Of a stretch of 64,000 bases of DNA, positions 41,550 to 53,567 are shown piece by piece. A model generated the notes under the pieces. That model did not search any database. It was not told the DNA's origin and was given only the letters and a program-made list of their open reading frames with translations. The first letter of the stretch is position 1. Every line of letters begins with the position of its first letter. A program made the position numbers and the translations under genes. The stretch comes from Sphyrna mokarran (taxonomy: Eukaryota), in NCBI GenBank assembly GCA_024679065.1, contig JAGIQG010000009.1:42470001-42534000 (forward strand), in the 5' to 3' direction.

Positions 41550-42443
41550 TTTTGGAGTCGACATTGCTGCTCTATCCTTGGCCTTCTCTTTTTTCTCATC
41601 TACATGCTGTCCCTCAACAACATCATCTAAAAAAAAGCAGCAGTTTCCACATGTAAGCTAATGGCACCCAGCTCTACCTCTAACATTCTTGACTATTCCA
41701 ATGTACATTCTCTTGATACTCTAAAATGTCAAATGGCACAGTGGTTAGCACTGCTGCCTCTCAGCACCAGGAATGTAGGTCCAATTCCAGCCTTGACTGA
41801 CTGTGTGAAATTTGCATGTTCTCCCCATGTCAATGTGCATTTTGTCCAGGTGCTCTAGTTTCCTCTCACAACCCAAAGATGTGCAGGTTAAGTGGACTGG
41901 CCATGCTCAATTGACCTTTAGTGTAATGGGGAGTAGTGAGGTAAATACATGAGGTTACGGGGATAAAACCTTCGTGGGATTGTTGTCAGTGCAGGCTCAA
42001 AAGACCAAATGGCCTTCTTCTGCATGGTAGGGATTCTATAATTCTATGAATTGCTTGCATCATATTTGACTCAAGCAACACCTCAATTTCAAAATTCTCT
42101 TTCTTATTTTCAAAGCCCTCCAAACCCCCTCCTTACTTCTGTATTCTCTTCCAGCCCTACAACCCTCAAAGGATATCTGTACTCCTGCAATTCTGGTCTC
42201 CTACATCTCCGATTTCAATCACTTCACCACTCGCAGCTGTGTCTTCAATTGCTTGGCACTGAACTCTAGAATTCCCTCCCTATAATTCTACTTCTACACT
42301 ATTTAAAACTGACCTTTGTTCTGGTTGCTTGCCCCAATAACTCCTTATGTGGCTGAGTTTGAATTTTGTTTGATCGTGCTGCTGTGAAGTGGTTGGGATG
42401 TTTCGCCACATTAAGAGTGTTATCCAAATACAAGTTGTTGTTG
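41550..42443 (+). mobile_element. L2 LINE fragment (RT core + 3' end) with an HE1 SINE at the internal junction
   Basis: 41570-41680 reads as decayed SILGLLFFLIYML...SFHM[YADD]TQLYL; 42075-42443 is the L2 C-terminus/tail ending aagttgttgttg. Confidence 0.75.
41734..42049 (+). mobile_element. HE1 SINE, second copy
   Basis: tggcacagtggttagcactgctgcctc...ggtccaattcc...tttgcatgttctcccc...ccaaagatgtgcaggttaagtgga...tagggattctataattctatga. Confidence 0.9.
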
Positions 42444-42574
42444 TCATTGCTTGAAGTAGTTAGTGCAGCTTAAGGAATTGGTCATTAAGTTTCATCTGAC
42501 TAAAAAAAATCCATCTGAATGTGCAACATGGCCAACTCACCCCTACAGCAGAACTGCTAAGCTGAACCTGGAGG

Positions 42575-42792
42575 AAAAACAGAAAATGCTGGAAAATCCT
42601 AGTAGGTCTAACGGCATCTGTGGGGAGAGAATACAGCCAAAACTTCAAGTCTAAATTACTCCATCAGAATTGATGAAGCTCTGATGAAGGGTTCAAAACG
42701 TTGGATTTGGTGTCTCCCCACAGATGCTGTCAGACCTGATGAGATTTTCCAGCATTTTCTGTTTTTGTTTCAGATTGCAATATTTTGCTTTT
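42575..42792. mobile_element. Inverted pair of Penelope-like terminal repeats forming a ~200-bp hairpin
   Basis: aaaacagaaaatgctggaaaatc..aggtct..gcatctgtgggga (left) is the reverse complement of tccccacagatgctgtcagacct..gattttccagcattttctgttttt (right); CTGATG(A) boxes sit at the inner ends of both arms. Confidence 0.8.
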
Positions 42793-45700
42793 ATACTAAT
42801 TGTGGAGGGGTTACTTGGGTGTTTGTGCTTTCGCGAAATTTTGGCAATTGTTATACAATTTGTAGAATATTTCACGTACAAAATTTAATTATGATGCAAT
42901 ATAACTGTTGGGTTTATAAATGATATCGGCATTTATACCTCATAAACCTAATATGTGTACATAATTAGCAAGGACTGGGATGCTTCTGAATAATTCACTT
43001 TTAACTTTGTATATTTACAATAATTCACCAAGGGGAAAGATATCTATTTCATAGTGCCTGGGTTTGTGACCTCATTGTGTTGTCTACTGCTCCTCATTTG
43101 TGGCTTTCAAGGCCTCGCCAAACACATTTATGTAATATACTATAATGACAAACTATAACTGTTTTATTCAAATTCTTAATTATTACAAGGAGAATGAAGT
43201 TAATTTCATGAACTACCTGTAGCAATGAATCAGCTCATTAAATATTCTGAGTGTAAGCTTCAGCTTTTTGCATCTTTTCCTCTCCAATCACTTTTCACTT
43301 AGAATATATGTGGGAAAAAGGATTAGTTTCTGCATGATGGAATAATAAAAAAAACACCCCCCACCCCAACTGTTCTCTATTTTCTGTATACCCTTCCTGA
43401 CCCAAACATAATGTTAATGCTTGGAGAAGAGCAGTTACCATAGAAACAATCCAAAGCTGTTCCAGAGGGTCGTCTTGTGGGTAGATTTGAAGTCATTCAA
43501 TCGATGCCAATCAATGAGAACATTCTTTCCCGTGCCAAGTAATTCCAACTGTATTTAAATCAGTACTGTACACAAGTTTTCTTAACCTTTAACTGGCCAA
43601 TGATTTATTTTAATACATAGAGCAAAGCTTCATGCAGCATTTTTAGGGTTAATGAAGACAACTAGTAAATCACAAAAAGTAGGTTTGAGTAGACTGCCAA
43701 CACTTCTCTTTTTTGGATCTAAGCAATTGAGCAATTGTGATTTCTCCAACAGACTGAAGTTCTGAAACATTTATTCATATTTCAATATGAACTGAGTCAT
43801 TCCAATGCTAAATAATAGCTTGTCTGTTGGCTACCTTCACAAATGGTTCCACAAATCTGATCAAACACAAGCTTTCACCTGATTGCCAGGTGAAGAGTCA
43901 ATAGGAATTCACCAAAGCCACAGGACAAACCTACTACATGCTGAAGACTAACAGTGGTACAGTATGCACAGGCTTCAAGGCTGTAATTTTACTGGGTAAC
44001 AATTATGGTCTGATGTTAAACAGTGGTTAAGTGATATTTTTTGATCTAAATGATGGTAAAGTGCTATTGCAGTTCAACTAAATTTTCTGAGTGTAAGTTT
44101 CTTTCAATTAATTTATCTATTCCTCCAGTTATTGTATTCGATGACAATTTACTTCATTGGAAGATATTTCTTTAGTCAACATTATGAAGGCAAAGTACCA
44201 GTTAATTGCATCGCACGTTAACTAACTTACAAACACTATTTGACAATTGTAAGCAGCCATGATGTCGCACACAAATGAAAAGGACAGTACCTAAGCAGTT
44301 AATGCTCACAACTGTGTGGCCAAATTCATAGACCACATCTCTTCAAATTGCTTCCTCCTTTCTCCAAAACTACAACAACTCCCAAAGCATTGGTTTGATC
44401 ACAGTTTTGCAAAACACAATCACATTTTTCTAATGACATTAAAAAGTGTTTGGTAAATTATTATAGCAGCCAGATAGGGGATATCATAGACCCTTTGTGT
44501 CTGCTGTGAAATCAATCTGATATTTTTTTAAATCAGCATTCATGGTTTTAGTCAATGGATTCTTATTTTTCTTTTCAATGTTTCAGGAGAGCAGGGTGAC
44601 TTAGCCATTCTTGGGAATATTGCTCTCTGTATATTTAAGGCTGAAAGTACTGTGCAACAATAAAACAAGTAATAACAAGTGAGAAAATAACAATTTAATT
44701 TCAGATGTAGATTAATGCGATACATGTGGTTCAGTGATTGTAAAACGTAAGCTCAAAGCATTTGTTTCAAATTACCACAAGCAACACTTAAATTTACTGA
44801 GGCTGTAACAAAAATTAAAGTTAGTTGGTCAGAGAAATCCAAGCGGTCACCCTGGCAAAATGTATTCTTAGCAATCACTAGGTGGTCAAACCACATTGCT
44901 GTGTTTATAATGTTGACTCATACCCACTCGGGCCTTTTTTCAAGTAACCAACTAATCTGTTGTGTACAGTTACACATTCCACAACTCCCGACTCAATTTT
45001 CTACTGAAGCTAGCGAGCAGTTTCATTTTTGAGGGCAAAGATACATTTGATTTATACTTTAACATTATGATAGATTTATTTTAAAAACAAATATTTTACT
45101 TCTCATAGAAGTTTCCAACATTTTATCTTAATAAGTACCAATGACTTAATTTTCAACCATTTGTTAATCTCTTGCGCGGAAATCCTTGGCACAGGTAGCT
45201 CTGTGACCTTCACTCCAAACTTTAATTATTTTCTGAAATTTTCTACATTTTAAATAATAATAGAGCTGAGCATCATGAAATAACTTTCATATACCACAGG
45301 TGATACGAATAGAAGGCAAGGTCTTTACAATCATTAAAAATTCACTTTTCAACATATAATTCCAAAGAAATTTTATTTTCAAAAAGGCAGATTCTGGAAA
45401 AAAAAATCAATTTTATTGAGAAATAAAATGGAGAGAATAGCAGGATGCAACCCAATTGTTAAAATGATTAGTTCAAGGAACTGTTGAAGTTAAATTACTA
45501 AAACTAACAGACATGTTAAAAGTGGTCTGTCCTATCTGTATGTGCTCCCACTTAAATCCCAATGCCTGTTGGTGGTGCATGTCAAATCTTGATGCAAGTT
45601 CTTGGGTAATAGCTCCTTCAGTTATAAATGGAAAGGGGCAAATTAATCACAGCTTTACATATCTACTTTACCTGTTTTGTACAACACATCAATTTTAAGA

Positions 45701-46456
45701 TGTGGTATTTTTATATTTGAATTCAGAATACATAGTTGTTGACATAACAAATACTTGTTTCTTTCTTTAGAAATATTTTTATATATAAATAGAACTGCTA
45801 GTTAAGCATTTTTTTGCCTGGACATATTATTCATGAAATATACACTCAATAATGTTAACATTATTATTGAATTACTAAACCAATTACTACAATGAATTTA
45901 TTTAATTGGACAAGAAGAATTTAGCTCTAGTATTACCAAATTGACAATGTTTCCCAATTTGCACCACTCAATTTATGCTTTAAAAAAATTAAGTTTAGTC
46001 TAACCCTGATTTTTGGCTAAGATTACACTATGTGGCCCACTAGAAGAAGATAATATATCATTGCATTATTTGAGAAAGTATGAAAGGGAACTGTTTCCCA
46101 ATGAGAGGGGCATTATGTTTATTACATACAAAAATATCACTACCCAGTTAATAATTAAATAAAAGGTTAAACTGATTTGGATTGAGGGAGGAAAGAACTT
46201 ATCAAACATCCAAAACTTTTCATCTTCTGTAAAAGAACTAACTGCTAAATTTGATGAAGTTCTAGATGACTGAAAAAGTGGCCTAGTTGAAAAAGTTGAA
46301 GGTGAGGATCCAATTCAGACTAAACACCAGTAAGTTAGGAGGCATTAAAATAAATAAGCAAGCCTCTTAATAAATATCTAAATCTTCATTTGTTTTTCTA
46401 CAGACATCAAACAGCAATAATTTTCATTGGAGTCAAGACTAATTGTTCAAGACTTT

Positions 46457-46582
46457 GGCCCCAATTTTACCAGCACCGGCTGCCCTGAAATTGGGGCGGG
46501 CAAGGCTCACGATTGGCATTCCTTGTTGGCTTTGGGCACCATCTTATGATCCTTGGGCGGCAATGCCGGTAAAATCAAAGCT
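46457..46582 (-). mobile_element. Short TIR-bounded element (MITE-like), copy 3
   Basis: GGCCCCAATTTTACC ... GGTAAAATCAAAGC; reverse complement aligns by eye with 17327-17441 and 8860-8985. Confidence 0.6.
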
Positions 46583-49500
46583 TTTATCTCCCTTCTGAGA
46601 AATTGTTTGAAGCTATGTTATCTAAGTTTAATTTTTTGAAGTAATCATTCAAAATACAAGAACTATCACTGTTGTGAACCGTGACAGCAGCCATATTGGA
46701 CGCAGCCTGGAACAATCTGTTCATCCATTTAATAGTACTAAGTTACAATTACCCTAAATCATCAAAAACAATCACTTCATGGGCCCAACTTGTGCTAGCA
46801 CAATAAAGTATTTAGAAAGAGTATGCAAAATAATCGACAAAGTAAAACTTTGTTACATTAACTGTAAAATCAAAGCACTAGTTTTCTGAATTAAAAGAAC
46901 CAACATTAAATTGTCAGTACTGTCATCAGCAATGCCAATCTGTTTACACATTAACCAGAAAGTTCAGAGACATCCGTTTCCAAGGATGCATTTTGTGGCA
47001 CTAATTACAGCGCGTTGAAACTTACATCCTTTACAACAGAGCTTATGAGAAAGTACTAAGATTCAAAAAGATGTTGGGGTAAAGAGCTAATCTGGATACA
47101 GAAGAGAAATTAAAACCAGTTTCACAAATCGGGATTTTTTTTTCTCTTTAAAACATCCTGCTTGAAGGCTGTTTAAGATGTTAATAACTTTTCCTCTAAT
47201 AACACTGAGTGACTGCCATAGTTCAAAGTTTTTCTTTTCAGCTCTTTGTATAGAAAGCACTGCTGCTATTTGGCTTGGTCATTAACATATTTGGCAAAAA
47301 TGTTACAAAAAATGTCAAATTAACAAACCAATGCCAAATTCTAGCCATGGTCTGGATGCAGCGTCCTGACAAATATTCTACAACTTAATGTTTTTGCCCA
47401 TTTTATCTTCCAGTTGTTGCTCCATTAGAATTTGTAATCTGCTTGAGTACTGAACTGATTTTTTTATATAGTAAATTCCTGTATTGCTCTATCGGTCTCT
47501 ATTAGAAATGTGTCAGGTGAATATGATGAACATCAGCAAGGTTAGCAATGATATTTACAATATACGTACTTCACCTGTCTGATTTACATCTGCATCTTAG
47601 TCAAAGGAAGAAATTTAAAATATTTTCTATTCTGTGTGGCAGACAAACAATCAAGTGTTAGTTCTGAGATCAAACGCACGCGGTTTTAATTCAACACAGT
47701 ATTTGGAACCAAAAAATATATTAAAAAAAACTTCAGATCTTTACTGCCATTTGTGAAAATGTCAAAGTTATTTTAATGGATAACTCTAAAGCTAACCACT
47801 ATGAAACACCAAAAGCCACGGGAGCAGGCCTGCATACTTCAAAAGCCTAGATTTAACCACAGAAGACAATGGCTAACAAAAAGTATTACTTTCATCCTAC
47901 CCACATCTTTCTGACTACAAAGAGCACTCCCAATGACTATACTCTATTGGCTTTTGCTATGCAGGAATAATCAGCTACAGTAACATTTAGCAGCTGAACA
48001 CTGGAAGCACTCCTGGTGTTGAGGGACATAGAAAAAAAAACAGGCACAATCACGCAGCTGTTCAATAAAGCTCTTGCGGTTTCACTGGACTAATTCTTTT
48101 TATCATTTGCATAAAGTTGGTCATAAATCTGTGTTCCTCATATTGAGGATTGAGTATGTTCAGGAGGGCTGGTGCTCTGCTAAGTCGAAACCTTCAAACT
48201 TCATTTTTTTTGCTGAAGAATGCTATCTGTAGTTCAAAACTATACTTGCCCATGAAACATTTTACTCCGACACAATAGTTCTGTGTTTTTATTTTAGAAG
48301 AAAAATTTAAATGATGAGTTTAAAAAGTAGCGCCCATTGTTTTATCCACAATTATTGAGTTTTAATTCCCTTGATGCTGTCTGTACAAGTAGCCCAAGGA
48401 AGCAAGCAAGAGTAATGCCTGTGATTTTTCTGTTCTATAATGCAACAAGGGTACAACCCGGGACCGGGCTGAATTATTTTGAAGCGATGACCCTTGTCAG
48501 GCATCAGCAAAGGAATGATTTCCATCCCCAATTGCTTGGGGGTGGGATTCAAACACCACTGTCCATGCCAACAGCTTGGCCTTAGTATACTAATACACTC
48601 CTAGAAGAGCACTACCGATTCAATGGACATTGCCAAATTTAATTGTATTTTTCGCCACAGTCCCACTTCCTACCCATAACCAACAGCTACCCTACCTCCA
48701 CTTCTCACTGGCCTAGTCTGAAAACTTGCTTTTTTTTAAAACTTAAAGATTTCCCTATTGCTTAATCTTTACCAAGAGTAATCCAGTGGTTTCAAAGCAC
48801 TCAGTGTGGCTTGTTTTCGTGAACTAATGGAGTGAGTCGTTAATTAAGTTATTTTAACATCTGATATGGCCTCAATGTTTGAAAGCATTAATGAAAAACG
48901 CCATGATTTCTGCATTTGTTGCAACCTTGGAAAATAGTGCAATTTCTGATCTAAAGCAAATGGTGAATGATGGACCAAGGACATGATTATGATATTAAGA
49001 GAAGAAAAACATATTAAACTTTCTGTAATCCTCGTTGGGAGTATATTAATTGCTAATTCTTGCTTAGACCACAAGATGGAGCAACTAACAGATATGGCTC
49101 CCCCATGTAATAAAGGGTGGATGGGGTGTGGGGAGCTAGTGATGTAGGGTGGGGTAAAGCAGTAGTCATTTCCCATCAGGTGATTGAAAAGGAAAATGTA
49201 TAACGACCATAGAGGATTCCAGTGCTCTATATGCTGGGGAAAGCATGAAAGAAGAGGATTACTGCAATCAGGAATGATGGAAAAATCAAAAAACAGGCAA
49301 AAGAGCATGAAAAAGAGCATTGGAACAGTGACAATATGTCCCAATTTAATAAATATTCAATTTGGTGCATGTAAAAACGCTAATGATATAAGGAAACTCA
49401 AAAGTTGATATATCAATCCGTGAACTACTTTGACAAAGTGAGTTAGTAAAAATGAGGTCCGCTTGGACGGCCGATACAGAAATTATCCTGACCTTCCATG

Positions 49501-52500
49501 TATCTGCTATTTAATTACACTGACTGTTCTGAATGCCAATTATTGCTGTATTTTTTTCCTCCTCTGGAGTGTCAACATTTAGCAAATCCAAAAACTTCAA
49601 GCCATATTGTTCTCACCAGCATTTACAGCATGACTACCTAGAACTTCTGTTTGTCAGGAAAGGATCGAGAGAGTTTAAAAAAAATGGCAGTGCATTTGGT
49701 CACACAAAAGCATAAAGCCATGATTGCCAATGCAAGAACACGTCACTGCAACCAACTCATTTAAAGAAAACAAAAATGCATTCCCATTACAAATTCTTTG
49801 TTTTAAATACTGCCTTCATAACAGAAAAAAGTAACCTTTCAGCATTTAACATTACATTTAAGACCTGTAACCAGCAAAGGGTTGCCTACTATTTTTGTTA
49901 AACTATTTGAATGGGCATCATGAAGATTGTCAGATGTTACAATCAAACTCCTCCTAACACTGTACGAACATGTAGCTGTGCAAAATTTGATAAAAAAAAT
50001 CCACATTTTTTCACAGCATGAAATGAGATACTTAATAAACTGACATCAATAAAAAAAATTACAAGAACATTCGTAATCATAATTTTTTTCCCCTATTTAT
50101 TGTTGCTGTACCTTTCTTTAAAAGAAGTAAAACTATGATTCCTGGTGAGATCATTAAGAGAACTGGTAATGAGGAGTTACTGATTGAGAAAATTGACGTT
50201 ATTTAATCCTATAGCCATTCATTCAGGGTACTGCATTCATTGTTTCAGCTTAGTTGTGCAGATTAATACAATTCCAACCTTCTCACATTGCAACCACTTA
50301 CTTGAGAAGCTCATCAAGCAACTACTGCTACCTAAAATAACAGAACTATGTAAAAGAAAATAAATAATCAAAAAAGGATGTTAGACATTTAATTATTTTC
50401 AACAATACAACAGTTAAGAAGGGCAGTAAGGGAGATACAATCCTTTTAAAATATCCCATCTCTAAGGAACTCTACATTGTAAGATTTTGATCTTTTTTAA
50501 ATTAAGAAAATCAAAGCTTTTTTTTAAAGTGTTCAAGGTCCATGAGAGGCCAAAGAATGGAGATTTTAACTCTATAAAAAGAAACAGTATCCATTTTGCA
50601 GTCTTACAAGGAATACATTTAATACCAATCAGCCATCATGTAGACGCACTTTACAGAGTTCTCGAGACTTCTAATAAAATTCAATCAAAGCAGATAATGG
50701 CAAAACTGCATTTTACTGCCCCGTAACAATATACTTGAAAAAACATTAAAAGATGATTTTGTTAAGGAATCGTTGTTTAGTTTTTTTTTGAAAGAGCTTG
50801 TTTAGTTTGATCTTTATTAGTTTTGAATAACAATTGCCAATGGCAAAGCAAAAGAGATACGGTCAAAAAGAAAGTCTACAAAGCAATTTCTCACTTTGTT
50901 CTCCTTATTGCACTCTTTTGTTCATTCCAGTAGTTTTTTTTAATCCAGCAAGAGGATTTCCAAATTAGCTGCTATGCGTGGGTGTAAGGCTAACCAGACA
51001 TAATCTTCAGAAAGTGGGTCAGCCTGAAGCAGCAGAAGGCGTGTCAGGTAAATAAAGTTTCAACATGTTGGACATAGGACAGTTTGGCACAGGCTATCAG
51101 GACAGAGTTCAAAGCCAAGGAATTTATTTATACGGAAAGAAGCATCTGCACCATTTGTTCAATTAACACCTATGCGCCCACAACCATCACACTGCCGCCC
51201 CCCCCCCACCCCCAAACACACACAACACTGACACAAATACATGCACGCAAACTCAGACAATAAAGGAGGAAACAAAAATAAATTAAACTGGTCCATTAAG
51301 CAAGATAAATTGTATCTTATATTGTTGGACTAAACTGGTGGAACTTTATAAACAAATTAATTAAACATGTTCCAATTCATGTATATCATCCCCTCCCAAA
51401 GGACCAATACATTTATTGTAGATTTAGTCATACAGATTGATACATTATATTACAAAACTGCAGTCATTTAAAAACCCATTTTGTAAAACATTGTATATAA
51501 AGTGAAATTGAAATACAACAAAAAAAGTTTGCAATGCAACAACTGGTTTTAAAAAAAACTACTGCTAAAGCTTAAAGAGTTAATGAACGGTCTTCAATTA
51601 AAAAAAATTAAAACTGATAGCTTCCAAATACTGACAATGACACCCAGTCATTAGCTGGGCCTGTAACAAGCAGCAGAAGCCGATTACAGCCGATGTCAAA
51701 ATATGCACCAATCCAAATCACTGGGGTCTCCCAGCAATGAAGCCAAGGTTCTAACCAAGTGAAATGTTCAGCCCTGCTGTGTGCTGCACTGACCACAACA
51801 AAGATTGTGGTTTCTACCACACTCACCCTAAATAGCTGAAAATTATTGTTATTCATCATGGCATGGGAAGAAAGGGAAATCTAAAACTGCTGCCATACAA
51901 AAGTGGTGGGAATTGCCCTTGTGATATTTAAAGCTTTGTTACCACTAGATAAAACCTGTGGCTGGTGATGGCTTACACACGAAGGATATTTACAAGTCTA
52001 GCAATTTGCATTTGTGGATTTTTTAAAATCAAATGTTCTTCTTCATTGCAATTTTCTGGAATTATATCAGGAGTTTGAGATTAACTGTAAATAATTATAT
52101 TAAAGTTCTGTAGTTCAGAAATTTTAAAGTTTAAAAAGTTTATTCCAGCATATAGTTCAGTTTTTTTAAATGAATTACTGGATTATTTAAATATTAATTA
52201 TATTTAATCTCAAAAGAGATAAATTGATGTGAAATTTGCACAGTACTTTCTTATAAATAACACAATAGTATCACTGTCACTTTAAGTGAAATGATTTATA
52301 AATCATGCACAAGGGATCACAAAAAAAATACAGCACTGGAAAAGACTCAGTAGTATATCTAACTTGTCCTATGCCTCACTCACTACCTCTCTCAAATTTT
52401 TAACCATTCCACATTCCCTGCGTTAATACATTAAACCTAAATTGTTAGTACTCCTTTTAAACCTGAGCCTGCACATCACAAGGCCCCTGGATTTACAGTT

Positions 52501-53474
52501 TGTAGTAACATCTAACATATTCAGTATAGATTTATATGTATTTATACATAAGGATAGTGTGAATAGTTGAGCAGAAGTTTCTCTGTTCACTTAATATTCA
52601 CTGTCCCTAATAACTCAGGACAGCTTATTTTGGGAGCCCAGACAGCAATATCTTCAGTCCTGAGGCCCTTCAATGTAATTGCTGTTTATGGACTATCAGA
52701 ATGCTACTTCAAATGTGGTAAGATGGGGCAGATTTACCCAAAAATAATTTCAAGACTTCTGTCTAAACTTAATAATCTAGCTTTTTGGATCAGCGTATTT
52801 TAACACAATGGTAATGCATAAAATAGCACTGATCAGAATTTCTATGTTAATGTCCTTTTTAAAAATAACTGATGCAGTGAGCAACACATTCGCGTTCTGC
52901 AAAAAGATCAGCAACAGGATGGTTAACAGACTCAAGTAAAAAAAATTGTTGTTACTTAATTAAAAGAATAGCTTGTTAATCTTTGTTCCAGTTTGCAGAT
53001 CTTCCTAGTGGTCTTCTTGAGAAGGAACTTGATAGGGTCTATGGGCTTTATCACAGCAACATTTTGTCAAATTCAAACCAAACGCTCAACTAAACTGAAT
53101 TATAGTGAAAGTAATTATCCACATTTATTGATCAAATCATTTTTTAAAGTGTTCCACAGGCATTGGAGTTCAAACTACACCTTTCTTTTGGATTACTTTA
53201 TTCCACTTGTTGGGGGGAAAAAAGGGGAGAAGTGGGGAGATAAAAAAATTCCTAAAGGAATTTCTAAATGAAAACCAGCCAATGTTTGCATCTAAATTCT
53301 CATTCCACTTAAACTTGTCTGTGAAGGATTCCCTTAACTCTTGGACTCTATTTCAACCCAGTTTCCCTTGCCACAAACTGTTTGCATAGGCAGTGGGTCA
53401 CAACAATACTAACAAGCTGAAGACAGCATTCGCATGAGTGCCCACTAATAAGCAAAGATCACCGTTTATCTAAG

Positions 53475-53567
53475 AGGTCAAATGCCTGGTGGCTGAGGTC
53501 ATGACCTAAACAACTTAAGTCATGACCCTTACACGTGCCTGGACTGATGCCATTCTGACTTGGGTCA
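53475..53567. promoter_or_regulatory. Cluster of nuclear-receptor half-sites including a perfect IR0 AGGTCATGACCT
   Basis: AGGTCA 53475; AGGTCATGACCT 53496-53507; AAGTCATGACCC 53517-53528; CACGTG 53532; TGACTT-GGGTCA 53556-53567. Confidence 0.5.

Noticed and set aside
48400-49510. Possible ancient SINE/LINE remnants and the 166-aa ORF 48844-49344
   Set aside because: Too degenerate to assign; the ORF has no recognisable motif.
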